From: Sporopachydermia quercuum | Lineage: Eukaryota | DNA length: 64,000 nucleotides | Assembly: GCA_001599295.1 (NCBI GenBank) | Contig: BCGN01000002.1 | Coordinates: 682,001 to 746,000, forward strand | Direction: 5' to 3' | Part shown: positions 1 through 12,066 of the stretch, piece by piece | How positions within the stretch are numbered: the stretch's first letter is position 1 | How the letters are laid out: each line of letters starts with the position of its first letter | Position numbers and translations under genes: made by a program | The notes under the pieces: model-generated | Told to the model about the DNA's origin: nothing | Seen by the model: the letters and a program-made list of their open reading frames with translations, nothing else | Database searches by the model: none

Positions 1-341
1 CATTCGAATCGATGTTTTATGTTACAGGCTTTTGAAGGGCAGAAATTAATAGTCTGAGCCCTGTTGATAGTGGTGTCGTAGGTTTCGAAAAAGTAATTGT
101 TGTGACGATGGAAGTTTCGTTTCCAAGAGCATGTTTGAAAAGAGTCACAAGGCTTATGAGATGACAGTCGATTACATATTTTACCTACTGATTCAACTTT
201 CACCCTTCGCGTAATTCTTGGCTCTAAATGTCTTTTCGTACCTATAATATACACTCAAGAGTAATAAAAAAAATCTAAATACCATTCATAATGAACTTAT
301 ATTCATAAATACCAGATTGAATATAATACACACATGCAGTA

Positions 342-2441
342 TCAAATCTTGCCAATCATTAAAAAGATCTTCTCCCTCACAGTTAGCAAACTAAATAGTT
401 CTTCATTAGTTGTTATCTTCAAAATATCTCCATTATTCTGTAGAAATCTAAGTTGAGCTTTTGATACACCATTCTCTATCCACTGTGAATCGATTCCTTT
501 GAATTCATCATTTCTAACTAATTTTTCAGTTATTTTATTGACCAAATCTATTAGAGGAATCGTCTTTGGAACAGAGATGGCAAACATTTCATCAGCGTTG
601 GAACAAAACTTGATTCTTATGCTACCCGTGAGATTAGTGGTAGAAGATGATATTGACGACTTTTGAGAATGCACCCTGTCAACAATATTGGACTTGGTTC
701 CCGAGCTTGCAGTGGCACCTGCTGCACTATTCCCATAGTCTCTATTCAAGTCTTTGTTTTTATCGAATTCATCATCCAAATAATAATCCTCAATATCATT
801 GCTTTGGTTACTTTCGATCGGTGATGGATGTTTGACTCCATAAGAGGAATTGGAGTTACAGCTACCATCTGACGCCATATAGGAGTTTGTTTTCATTGAA
901 TTGACCATTGAACTTGAACTTATTGAGCGCGAAACTGTAGAATTCTGAATACCTTGAGCTACCGCCTGTTGATTCAATTGTCTCGAGCCTCTCTGATGGC
1001 TTAATCTATGCGCACTATTTCTGTTTTTACCAGCTTTAGGGTCAGGTAGTCGATCAGGATAAGCACCAAAATCTTGAACATCACTTTCACGGAGTTGGAA
1101 AAACTGTAAGACGGTGTTGCTTCGAGATATATTAGTTGGCAGTTTTATCAGACTACTCAGGTAATTGTTCAATTCGAACTTTCGGTCAGAAGCTATGCGA
1201 TCATTCACATGTTCTCTTGGCCCAGGTAGCATTGGCAAAGTCCTTGGTTCTGACTGCTCACCCGCCTCTAGCGGAAATTCGTCTTTCAGCTTCAAATGCA
1301 GATTATAGAAATCATGGTATCTCCTGCATAAGTACCTGAAAGCCTTATTGCTTGTTTCAACGGTCACAAGATACCAAAATCCGTCATCGAAGTAAACTTC
1401 TTTAACACCTGTAGATATAGGATAACTACTTGGACCCAAAAGATTCTTACCTGCAGAAGAAGTTGAGCTAATAGATGGTTTATGACGATGTGCTTGATTA
1501 CTTTGGCTATTTTGTCTACTACTCCTAGGGGTTCCGGAGGTAGAAGTACTTTGATATGATGATCTTTGTTTCTTTTCTCTTTCTTTCATTTCTAAATTCA
1601 AAACGGGAATAGAACTTGATTGATATTTCCTATTTTTCATCCTCCATTCGTCAATTGTTGGTATATGAGCTCTATCAAATCCTTCTTTTAAATCGCTTAT
1701 TGCTGATCCAGTCGTCGGATCCTGAATCGTTAAATAGTAAGACGAAACAAGTCCTGGCCCTCCTACTCTAGAAATAAGTTTGGCTAATACCCATTCATAA
1801 TTATAATGAGCAACAATTGATAATGTTTCACCTTTTACCACATGCAGTTCTTCTGAATCTTCATCTTGATTGTCAGGAATGAAATCTTCATTGACCACTG
1901 CTAGTAGAAAGTCATTCTTTTTACTTGCTGATTGTTGTTGTGAAGTGATTAGAGAAGTTGGTGAAGCTGCTAGTCGATTTCCAAGTTTTGCTTCTGATTT
2001 CTGGTATAAGACGTCGAAGTACTCTTTAGGCACAAAACCTTGTGCATTAGTTCCAGGATTAGAACATTCATACCATTTCGAATTATCTTTATCGTTTATG
2101 ACATAGAAATAATCATCTTTGGTGAAACTCAGTTCACCGGGATGCTTAGCTTCGTAGCTTCGTAAAGCTTTGATAACTTTCTGTGGCACTGAAGATTTGG
2201 ATGAATTGTCTGTTTTGACAACACTGATTCCTTCTCTGATTGGTGCTGAAACCTGAATTGTTGATTTTTTATCACTTTTTGAACGTCTAAAGGCCTGTTT
2301 ACTTATGTTAGTACATCGAAAACAAATTTATTGTGAACTTATTTTCCAGTGATTCACTGATTTGTTTGGAATGCCCCAATAGAATGCTGGCTATTTATTT
2401 ACACTTTCTCCTAAGAACAAAATCGATCACCATACCTTCAT
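342..2441 (-). CDS. BEM1: Polarity scaffold Bem1 (SH3-SH3-PX-PB1); exons 2441-2436 and 2294-342
   Basis: SH3 motif (ALRSYEAKHPGELSF...W...GFVPKEYF), second SH3, PX (RRYHDFYNLH...FP...LPMLPGP) and a C-terminal PB1-like region. ATG AAG|GTATGG...TACTAAC...CAG intron (2435-2295) gives in-frame MKAFRRSKS. Confidence 0.92.
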
Positions 2442-3245
2442 TGTACCTGCTATTAAAATATTGATTTCTTCCTTTCTTTTTCTCACTAGAGTAACTTTTA
2501 ATACAGTTGAAGATAATTAGTTAAACGTCTTCTAGTTCGTGGAATTCAAGAAAGTCGAATGTTTCGAGATTTATTTTTGAATTCCTCCAAAACCAATCTG
2601 ATTCGAGCGCACTATTTACGTATTAATAGTGCTAGAACAGAAATAAATTGCTCTTTCTCTAGCTTTAGTCAATTTCACAATTGCTATTACCTGTTGTGAT
2701 GCCAATTGCTCTTTGCTTCTCGTTCTATTTTACTACTCTGACGTAGAAAAATATCTTACTAACTGAGTACTCAAATCAATGGTATATCCCTTGATAAACA
2801 CATGCAGATCCGAACACTTGAAAGCTTTCATCGACAGCAAGAACAGAGCTACTAATTTAATGATTGAATTTTCGAACCCTTAGATTAATAGTTATCAATT
2901 GCTCAAAATAATACATATACTATACCAAGCTTGCTAAAAGAAACCTCTCTTTTAGTTCCTGTGCCAGGTTAATTTTTTCCTAAATGGTGGAGTAGAATCA
3001 AAGAATTCAAAGGAGATTCGAAATTTGATTGTTTCAGATGTCCCAATATTTTTTACAGGGTAATTATACATGAATTTATGCTCAAAATTGGGTGATAAAT
3101 TTTAATATACTGAAATAAAATCGGATAAGCTGTATGAATATTAACATATATTAAAAAAGGAAAATCATTATGAAAATAAACATATAAATTAATACTTGAA
3201 TAAAAGGTTGAGTGAATTGTTGAGTTCGTCAATTAGTGTTTTGTA

Positions 3246-3270
3246 TGTTATTGTTATTGTTATTGTTATT
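3246..3270 (+). repeat. (GTTATT)n microsatellite
   Basis: About four copies of gttatt in the BEM1-MET22 intergenic region. Confidence 0.7.
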
Positions 3271-4248
3271 GGGGTTATTTTCTTTGTACTGAGGTTTCAT
3301 GTAAATATGGTGTTACAGTTTGTTATGAAAGAAGGCATAGATAAGAATATATTTAATATGCAAGATGGAACAGTCATATAATCAATTAAAGTACGTAGGT
3401 ATATAGGAAATATGTATATGATCAGTTGAATGTATTTTGGTGGAAAACTGTTTGAAAATGCAAGAAAAAGGAGGATGAAAGTAAACGTCTTTGATCACAT
3501 TCGTAGTGCGTAGTGTCGATTTGTTGACAGAATCGATTACGTGCCTTAGGACATGTTATGAGATATATAATCCATTATTTACGTCCATCTTTCAATTTTT
3601 CGATTCAACAACCTAGTAGATCCTCATTTGTTGATTCTTACCATGATCTATTCCGTAGTTCTCGTTCCTTCTCCTATTCTATTCACACACTTCCACAATC
3701 TTATGCAGTGAGCCCTAGAAGCCCGTACAGACACTCTAGTTAGTTTTCCTCTCTGTTGAGAAACCAACAGACGCGTCCTCCTTTACTACTCTGTTAAGCA
3801 TCGATACCTTATTAGGCGACGTAACAGTTCGAAACCTACTTGGTTGTTTACCCAATTTGGAAGCAATTCAGTTAACGTTTGGGATCAGTGAAACTTTATA
3901 GCCGAGGATAAAAAGGTGGACCTTTTTCCTATATTTCTGGTTACGTCATCAATAATTTGCATTCGACACTTCTCAATGCCCGTTTTGAGACAAGAAAATA
4001 TTTCGATCACTTTGCTGTTCTGAGGATTATCAAATTGATGGACTGTCTGTTGATTCGCTGAATGAATGCCTTTAGGAAGCCAAGTTTTTTTTTTTCTACT
4101 TATTATATCTGGCCGTTGATTGTTTTCATACAGCATAGAAAAGAGACAAATAATTGCCGTCTTGTTGACCTCTTCAGCAATAAGTCGAGCGAACATTAGA
4201 CTTGTCTATCAGCCCAAAGAACTATACGCATACCATCGGCAGAGGGGA

Positions 4249-5367
4249 ATGGTAAGATTACCTTCTATTATCAAAACAACGTTGTTTAAAAGACCATTCG
4301 GCAGCTATATCAATCCGCTCAAAATGACATATAGTAAAGAATTAAAAATAGCTGAACTTGCTGTGCAAAGAGCTTCCTTTCTGACAAGATCTGTTTCTGA
4401 TTCCCTCAAAGAAGCTTCAACTGTTATCAAATCAGACGCTTCACCTGTTACTGCTGGAGACTTCGGCGCACAAGCTATTATAATTTCTGCTATTAAGAAA
4501 TCGTTTCCCAGTGATGAAGTAGTAGGAGAAGAGGACGCTGCTGAATTAAGAGCAGATGCTAAACTGCTTGAGAGAGTAACCCAATTAGTAAAAAATGCCT
4601 GTGAGACTGGTTTTGAAGATTCCAAGGAGGAATTAGGCATTCTATCAACATCGGAAGAAATCTGCACTGCTATTGATTTTGGCAACTCTCTAGGTGGAAA
4701 TAAAGGCCGATTTTGGGCTTTGGATCCTATTGATGGTACCAAAGGTTTCCTCCGGGGTGATCAATTCGCTGTTTGTTTAGCGTTGTTGCAGGACGGTGAA
4801 CCTGTGGTTGGTGTTATTGGATGTCCTAATCTGTCTATTGATCCTAGTGATTCTACAAAGGGTAAAGGTGTTTTATTCGCTGCTGTGAAAGGGCTAGGTG
4901 CCTATACCAAACCTTTGTTTGAGCCTTTGACATCTGTAGCAGCTACAAGTATTCATTTCAATGATATTAAAGATATCACCCAAGCTAGAATCTGTGAAGG
5001 TGTTGAGAAGGGGCATTCTTCTCATGAAATGCAGCATGAAATAACTCTTCAGTTAGGCATTCATAGGGATCCGGTAAGAATGGACTCGCAAGCTAAATAT
5101 TGTTCAATTTCTCGTGGCGATGGCGATATTTATTTACGTTTACCAAGAACTCTATCATATCAAGAGAAAATATGGGATCATGCCGCTGGTGAAGTTCTTG
5201 TAAGCGAAGCTGGTGGTATTGTTTCTGATATGTATGGAAAGGCTTTGAATTTTGGTGTTGGAAGGACTTTGAAAGAGAATAAAGGTATAATAGCTGCTGG
5301 CAAGGATATCCATGCAAAAGTCATTGAAGCAGTATTGAAAGTGACTGAAGGGAAGATTCCAGAGTAA
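4249..5367 (+). CDS. MET22: 3'(2'),5'-bisphosphate nucleotidase Met22/Hal2; conserved start at ATG 4324, upstream in-frame ATG at 4249
   Basis: Inositol-monophosphatase-family motifs KSDASPVTAGDF, GEED, WALDPIDGTKGFLRG, DSQAKY, EKIWDHAAG. Confidence 0.95.
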   Translation: MVRLPSIIKTTLFKRPFGSYINPLKMTYSKELKIAELAVQRASFLTRSVSDSLKEASTVIKSDASPVTAGDFGAQAIIISAIKKSFPSDEVVGEEDAAELRADAKLLERVTQLVKNACETGFEDSKEELGILSTSEEICTAIDFGNSLGGNKGRFWALDPIDGTKGFLRGDQFAVCLALLQDGEPVVGVIGCPNLSIDPSDSTKGKGVLFAAVKGLGAYTKPLFEPLTSVAATSIHFNDIKDITQARICEGVEKGHSSHEMQHEITLQLGIHRDPVRMDSQAKYCSISRGDGDIYLRLPRTLSYQEKIWDHAAGEVLVSEAGGIVSDMYGKALNFGVGRTLKENKGIIAAGKDIHAKVIEAVLKVTEGKIPE

Positions 5368-5717
5368 GTTAATTTGTTTCTATTATAGTGCTATTAAAAG
5401 GCTGCTTAGAACGAGGAGTGGAGAGAAGAGGAAAACATGAAGAAAAAGTAATGGATAATGATATGGGATTAAATGAATCATGGAAGGATAGTATAATTCT
5501 ATGATGGTTACTTTTTCCTATAAATGTATCATGTATTTCTTATATAATGATTATCAACCTTGCGTGAATATGTATATGATTATGAATTTATTTGCTTGAT
5601 GCATTATTATTAAAATGGTTACTTTTTCTCTCTCGTGAAATGAATGCAGATTTCTAGTGCCCTTCTGCTTCTGTATTTGCTTCCACTTCTAGTTCTGGTT
5701 CTTCAATCTATCTCCAG

Positions 5718-8700
5718 TCATAAATCCCTGTGAACGTTTGCTCCAAACTGAAACCTTGGGGCAGCATCAACACCATAGACTCCGCTTGATCCCATAATAT
5801 TAGCATCCTCAATCACACCATTGAAATAGAATCCCAATAAACTTACAACATATGTTAGAATCAATATTGAGCCTTTGAAGTAATTGCTCTTGCCCTCTGC
5901 ATAGATATACGTGAATAAGAAAACAGATATCATGCATGCTATAACATCCCAACGGGGGAAAATTAGAGTAAACGTAAAATCGTTGAAACTGAAGAGATTT
6001 GGATCATAAACAGGGCTTGAGTAGATTCCCCATAACACCATTGCAGGTATTTGGAGTAAACAAACTTGTAGAACATAGGCGGAACCGATTTCCATAGATA
6101 ATGCAACGTTGCCGTGCACAGCAAAGGATATAGCGTTAAGGAATTCAGTCGTGTTTGGGACTAATGCAAATATTGTTAGACCAACAACTTTGGAGTTCAA
6201 TGGGAATCTTTCTAGAATGAAATCGACTGTATCCACCAAGATTTCAGCAATAATTGCGTATAAAACAGTTGCCCCAAGTAAGATGAGGGTACTCTTACTT
6301 CTGGACCAGTTTGGAGCATCGTGGCCACCAGAATCTTCTGAAGCAGCTGCAGGAGCATTAGAAGCAGCTTGAACAGGAGCCTGCAATGTTTGTTGTGTTC
6401 CATGAGGTATAGCTTCAGTTGTAAAGAGAATATTGTTGGATGTTGAGACTGGTCCGGGGTTAATCCCTGTACTAACTACTGCAAGAGGTGCATTACCTGG
6501 GGCCCCAGAAGTCCCAGCGGCCCCGGGAACTCCAGTTCCAGTATTTATACCATGTGTAACTCCTGAACCGCCTCCCGCAGCACCACCTTTCCCAATTAAA
6601 GTATTAAGCACGTTGCTCCCTGGAATCGCAGCAAACTTTGAACTTGCCCCGCCTGGAGCTGTTCCGCTCGCCTGTTGTTGATGAATCTCCGAGGAAGTAG
6701 GCGTTTGCCAAATTAATGCTGCATGCGTCCGCAAGGTAAACCAAAGACCAACAACATAAGAAATGAACAACAATAATGAGCAGATATACGAAAAAGGCCT
6801 AACTACCTTTTTATACAGGTTATCTGCTTCTAAAGGCACTTGATAGAAATGACACTTTCTGCAATCCTGTGAAAGAGTATCCTGTCCTACAGCAGTATAT
6901 AATTCATTGACGCTGAGACATGATACACATTGGATTTCGTAGGTGCCATAAATCTGATAAAACAGGGTAGGAGCAAAAGTTGCAACACTAGCAAATAAAA
7001 GCATGGTAGAGCTTACTCCAGCAGATTTAGGATTATACCTCTGAGTTTTCCTTTTAATGGCTCCTCCGCACATAGATAATCCAGGTAGAAGTAAAACTGC
7101 CCCCAAGATACTTCCAATGATACTTCCCTCTACTATATCCCCTTTTCCTTGTTGCAGAGCCACAATGTATAGGAAGACTTCTACAATAGTTGAGAAAAAA
7201 GCGTTCAAAACTGCACCTACACCCATAGATGACTGTGCTGAGATTGATGCTACTGCTTGGCCAATGAAATATGCTAAAGGGATCACTGAAGCCAAGCTGA
7301 CAAAGAAAAGAAACCCTGAGGAACAAATAAAGTTGTTTAAATGGAAATACTGCCGCAGAACATAATTGTCAAAGATAACAAATAGTACTGGGAACATTAA
7401 ATTGATAAGGAAAATGTTGGTACCATCAATAGTATACTTAACATATCCCCAGCCAAATGCTCTGTAGGTGCATAGAACAACCATTGAATGTTTTCCTGTG
7501 GTCGGGGCATGTCCTGTAGTAGCTTCTGCGCTGTAATCCTTTTCGTTCTTGAATTTCAGTGCTAAAGGGTGTCTTCTGAGCTGAGTGGCTAGGGTAGAGC
7601 ATACTTTGGCCATGGGGATGGAGAATACACCTAGCCAGCAGCTGAGACAAATTATGTATAAACATGGTTGTATTACTAAATGGAAGTATAGGTAGAAAAG
7701 GATTCTGCCTAAGTTCCACTGTCCCCGGCCAAATAGTCTGCGCTTTACTCGGGTTTCGCCCTGATCGTAGATAGATGCATCGTCAAAAGGGTCTTCCTGT
7801 GTCGAGAGAGTGTTTCCGGGGACAGTGGTTGCTCTGGGTCCAAAAGTAGGTAATTCACCATTGGATGGTTCATTTCCGCTCTCTGTATCCGCTGTTGGTT
7901 CGATTCCTGACCTCGCAAATGATGGCCTTGTCCTAGGCTCAAAAAACAGTCTTCCGGCTTCCTCGTCTGTGAATCTCCAGCGACGATATTCGCTAATGCT
8001 ACCTCCTTCAGCGTAGTCCTCCTCCAGATACTGTTCTTCCTGTACTAGTTCTACTACCCGGGCAAAGGGATAAAGGAAATAGAAACCAACGCGCCATAAA
8101 ACTCTGGCGTATAACTGAGAACTGCTGCTCCAGAAAAACAACCGCAAGAACAGTGACCCAATGGCAAACAGTAGAAATAGAACCAGACCAAAGGTAAGAG
8201 ACCACAAGAGATCTCCCAGCACTACAATACCGGTTGCCTTCTTTCCTGGAGCTGCATGGATGTCATCATCAGCTACTTTTTGCACGGAACGGATTTTCTT
8301 GTATAAAGCAGGTTTCCATATACGAATACCAAAAGGATGTGTTGTATTGATGGCGTCTTGTCTTTCCCGCAGGGTGAACGTTTCTAAACTTGTGCTAGAA
8401 GTATTTGATCCATTGGAACCAGTAGANCCTTCTGATGCATCTGAAGCGTCTGAAGCATCGGATGGGTTCTCGTTTTCATCATATACTTGCTCTTCTGGAG
8501 GAGTCTCTTGTTGCTGCTGTTGCTGGTCCTGAGAGTTCTCTTGATCTCCATCAGAAACGGCCGGCAGGAGTTTCATTCCTGCATGGCCACTGCCCAAAGA
8601 GGGTTTATTAGATCTAGAAGTTGCAGAATCTTCGTCTTCTTCCATTTCTTCTTCATATCCGCTANTTTCGCTTCTATTATCGTCTGGTTCACCGGNCACG

Positions 8701-9569
8701 CTGTCCTCAGCTTCGGGATCAAATTTCGCTTCCATCTCAGGGCTTGTATACTCAATAGCAGCTTCTACTTGTTCCAATTGCAATAAAGCTTCATTTGCAG
8801 CAGCCAAGTTACCGGTTATCTTAGCTTGTAGTCCTTCTTTCAGACTGTTTGCTTTATCTCCTGAAGATCTATCTGCTGCAGATTTGTCTTTCTTTTTATC
8901 CTTTCTGAGATCTGGTTGATCTGCTTTATGTTTCAGCTTGCGATATCTATGCTTTAAAGCGTCTTTATAACCTTCTAAGTATTCCCTTTCCATGTCGGCT
9001 TCGATTTCGTCTTCATTATCATCTACAGAAAAAACAAATCTTCTGTTCAAGGCTGCATTACGTTCGGTTTTAGGTTTAGAAGCACTGAGTTTCTTTTTCA
9101 GTTTTTCATCAGTTGGAGAGTGTGATTTATGAGATAATAAAAGGTATTGGCGTTGATGAGGATTAATTGGTGTAATAGTGGTGTCAATGAATGGAGCCTG
9201 GTGCTCCACAGCAGAAACAGTAGCTGAACCTAGACTGACCCCTGAGGTGACATGCGCTTTCCGAGGTTTCAACACTGGAGACATTCCNGGCTGCTTTGAT
9301 GATCTAGTTGTCGAATTGCTACCGGTGTTAGCAAATGGTGTTCCAGGAGCTTTAGGGGCAGCATTTGCTTCATCATAAGGGTTGGCAGGGAAGTTTGCAG
9401 CAACAGAACCTCTAGAGTGCTTGAGCTGATTTGAAGCAACCTGGGAGATCGTAGACGTTCTGGAACTGAATTTGGTGACAGGATTTCCATCTGGATCGGT
9501 GAATTGCTCTCTAGAAGAGTTAGGACCTTGTTTGGGACCATTTTTCCCTAGATTTGAACTTGAGCTCAT
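5718..9569 (-). CDS. VNX1: Vacuolar/ER cation/H+ exchanger Vnx1 (CaCA family)
   Basis: TLRERQDAINTTHPFGIRIWKPALYKK, GAVLNAFFSTIVE, ALVPNTTEFLNAISFA, EGKSNYFKG; many TM segments; neighbours KRE1 as in S. cerevisiae. Confidence 0.93.
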   Translation of the reverse strand: MSSSSNLGKNGPKQGPNSSREQFTDPDGNPVTKFSSRTSTISQVASNQLKHSRGSVAANFPANPYDEANAAPKAPGTPFANTGSNSTTRSSKQXGMSPVLKPRKAHVTSGVSLGSATVSAVEHQAPFIDTTITPINPHQRQYLLLSHKSHSPTDEKLKKKLSASKPKTERNAALNRRFVFSVDDNEDEIEADMEREYLEGYKDALKHRYRKLKHKADQPDLRKDKKKDKSAADRSSGDKANSLKEGLQAKITGNLAAANEALLQLEQVEAAIEYTSPEMEAKFDPEAEDSVXGEPDDNRSEXSGYEEEMEEDEDSATSRSNKPSLGSGHAGMKLLPAVSDGDQENSQDQQQQQQETPPEEQVYDENENPSDASDASDASEXSTGSNGSNTSSTSLETFTLRERQDAINTTHPFGIRIWKPALYKKIRSVQKVADDDIHAAPGKKATGIVVLGDLLWSLTFGLVLFLLFAIGSLFLRLFFWSSSSQLYARVLWRVGFYFLYPFARVVELVQEEQYLEEDYAEGGSISEYRRWRFTDEEAGRLFFEPRTRPSFARSGIEPTADTESGNEPSNGELPTFGPRATTVPGNTLSTQEDPFDDASIYDQGETRVKRRLFGRGQWNLGRILFYLYFHLVIQPCLYIICLSCWLGVFSIPMAKVCSTLATQLRRHPLALKFKNEKDYSAEATTGHAPTTGKHSMVVLCTYRAFGWGYVKYTIDGTNIFLINLMFPVLFVIFDNYVLRQYFHLNNFICSSGFLFFVSLASVIPLAYFIGQAVASISAQSSMGVGAVLNAFFSTIVEVFLYIVALQQGKGDIVEGSIIGSILGAVLLLPGLSMCGGAIKRKTQRYNPKSAGVSSTMLLFASVATFAPTLFYQIYGTYEIQCVSCLSVNELYTAVGQDTLSQDCRKCHFYQVPLEADNLYKKVVRPFSYICSLLLFISYVVGLWFTLRTHAALIWQTPTSSEIHQQQASGTAPGGASSKFAAIPGSNVLNTLIGKGGAAGGGSGVTHGINTGTGVPGAAGTSGAPGNAPLAVVSTGINPGPVSTSNNILFTTEAIPHGTQQTLQAPVQAASNAPAAASEDSGGHDAPNWSRSKSTLILLGATVLYAIIAEILVDTVDFILERFPLNSKVVGLTIFALVPNTTEFLNAISFAVHGNVALSMEIGSAYVLQVCLLQIPAMVLWGIYSSPVYDPNLFSFNDFTFTLIFPRWDVIACMISVFLFTYIYAEGKSNYFKGSILILTYVVSLLGFYFNGVIEDANIMGSSGVYGVDAAPRFQFGANVHRDL

Positions 9570-11448
9570 GCTTGCCGATTGTTGCTGTGTTGTATATTAG
9601 TATTTGAATGCTTTATAAGGTGATCTTTGTTGCTACGCTTAAGAAATGTAAGTATGCAAAGGACCAACAAAAGATGAAGGCAGTATTTATAGTATTTACA
9701 GAAAAACCAGAGACTTGGTTTGATTTGGTTTGATTTGGTTCGCAGCACTTCTATTGGTATTTGGTTGTTGTATTTTGCAGCTGTTAACAGTTGATTCAGA
9801 CAGCACTAGAAGCCGTTACAGCTGAAACTATATTGTGGCAGAATTATCAATAGCACCTGTCTGTTGAACTTCCATTAACCAGTGATAAGAATCAAATCAG
9901 TATCAGTAAGTCGCAATTAATAGTAAGTACTGCAGAACAGCAGGTCAATTGTCTGGTTACCTAGCTCGTGATCCAATAGCAAACAATGGCAACTTTTCAA
10001 CCTTTCAGCAGTTCTCACCGTTTGACACTGTTTTTTGAAACTTTTTATCGATACAAAATTTACTGCAATTACAATTGCAGTTTAATGACGAGCCTTTCAT
10101 TTAATACAAAAAACAGGAAATAGCAGCAAGAAAAACAGAAAGGATTGTTGAATCGCATACAATTGAAACAGCCACATGGTTTTATACTTTTGTAAGAGAT
10201 TTTAAAGTTTGTGTTGTACTTGAAGTTTAAGTAAGGTTTGGCGTAAGTATGCATGCCGGTGCATGAATTTGCAGAAGTTGATAAAGTTTATTTCTATTGA
10301 TCGCAGAATTGGGCGAAGGGGATTGAAGCGGGGTATGTTAGAGAGCTTCGGAAAGGAATCACANAAGATGTAACTATATTTGTTTCTGGTGATCGCAGTA
10401 AANGCATAGTAGAATTCTATCAGTTGACTTGATGGTTTTGAATATGTTTGTGGGCTTGTATTTTTTACTTCCGCGTTGATTTGGTTGGACTGTGGCATAA
10501 GATGGTTAGGTTCGCCGAATGTGTTTTAAAAAACGTTAAAATGGTAACTGATTTCCGAATTCTGAATACTTGTTACTTGAAATGGAATTTGATGTTACTT
10601 TTTCACTTCCCCTGTTATATTCTCGTCATTTTCATTTATTTATGATTGAATTTGAATGGATTTATTAATGCAACTGAGCCACATTTGAAAAGAATAATCG
10701 ATTTCTTGTCCAATTTTGAATGTACAGCCTTTCGTTGGACTTTCANTTGTAGGTTGGCTGATATGTCATGACATTCTGATGATATATATGACGAACAATA
10801 AGTATGAGACCTGTGACAAGCATGATCTGCCATATAGAGAGGAGAATATAAATATATTATGGAAGCGTTGACTTGCTTTTTATCAGAAATAAAAACTATT
10901 CAAGTCCGGCGACAAAATGTGTCATACATTGACATAAACTAGTTAGAGCTGAAAAATAGACAAATATCTGCTGCAATTGCTGTCAGCTAATAGAAGTATC
11001 TAAGTATCGATCATTCTTTATATCTCTTGTACTCCCCTCCTGTATTTTTCTTGTCACAAGTCATTGGACCTTACACTTTTCCCGTCATCAATAATGTCAT
11101 CAATAATGTCATACTGTACTCCTGTTCTATACAGAAATTACACCTTTCTACTCTCACTTAAACAAATATGCAAGCAAATTTGATAAGCAACTGTGCCTGG
11201 TTATTCCTAACTTATATTGAATTTAGTTAGCAAAGAAACCTGTTTAGCAGATACTGTATTGAAGAGAGTTTCCAAGTACAGATCATATTTTTTGCCTTGT
11301 CTGAATTCACTCTGTTCGTTTTCCTTAGTTTGCGCGAATTAGCGATAGAAAGAAAGCTTGAATCGATGATAAGCCAAAAAATAGAACTCCAAGAATAAAA
11401 ATATCTGGCAATTAGTAAAAGAGTTAAAAGTTATAAAAATAGCGAATA

Positions 11449-12066
11449 ATGAGAATAGTTTCAATCAGCGCTGTTCTGTCGGTTTTACCTGTGTTTCTGG
11501 CACAGGGATTAGCTCAGGGCCCGGGGCCAGTTGGCGTGGGAGACCCAAGTACGTAATCAAACGAATAAACATAGCAATGTATATATACGAAGAATATGAT
11601 AGTATATATATGGATACATATGCAAGGTTGATCATTTTACTAACAAGTTACTTTTCTAGACGCGCAAAACGGAGCACCAGAAGTTACTGAGACTGTTCTA
11701 ATAGGTGATAATGGTGTTTTAACTACAGTTACATATGAAAATACTTTGACACCAACGTTAGCAGTGCCAGCGGTAACTAATCCTACTCTTACATCAACAA
11801 CTGATGTCACTACTACTGCTGATACTGCTGATACTGCTGATACTGCACTAGACGCTACAGGAAGTTCTGCGTCTGTTCGAACTACAGTTTGGGTGACTGT
11901 ATCGGACCCAAGGGGAGGTGTCGCTACTGTCCAGTCAATTTACTCTCAGCAATTCGTGCCGTTTTGGACCACATTACCAACTGTTCCTGAAGGAACGGTT
12001 GGTCTTGGGACTATCAAAGGTGAGGTTGGTCTTCTGAAAGAACCAATTTACGTGACAATCAAATAG
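11449..12066 (+). CDS. KRE1: Kre1-like secreted Thr-rich cell-wall protein, 168 aa; exons 11449-11548 and 11660-12066
   Basis: Signal peptide MRIVSISAVLSVLPVFLAQGLA; intron GTACGT...TACTAAC...TAG (11549-11659) joins in frame; Kre1-type motif TTVWVT...TVQSIYSQQF...GTVGLGTIKGEVG; divergent from VNX1. Confidence 0.82.
11815..11847 (+). repeat. 9-nt coding tandem repeat ACTGCTGAT (Thr-Ala-Asp) x3 plus a partial copy
   Basis: actgctgat actgctgat actgctgat actgca, read directly. Confidence 0.85.

Noticed and set aside
3826..3836. AGTTCGAAACC B-box-like motif (similar motif near 57040)
   Set aside because: No cloverleaf or A-box; short motifs expected by chance.
7893..7917. GGTTCGATTCC B-box / tRNA T-arm-like sequence
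   Set aside because: Lies within the VNX1 coding region; no matching acceptor stem, D-arm or A-box upstream.
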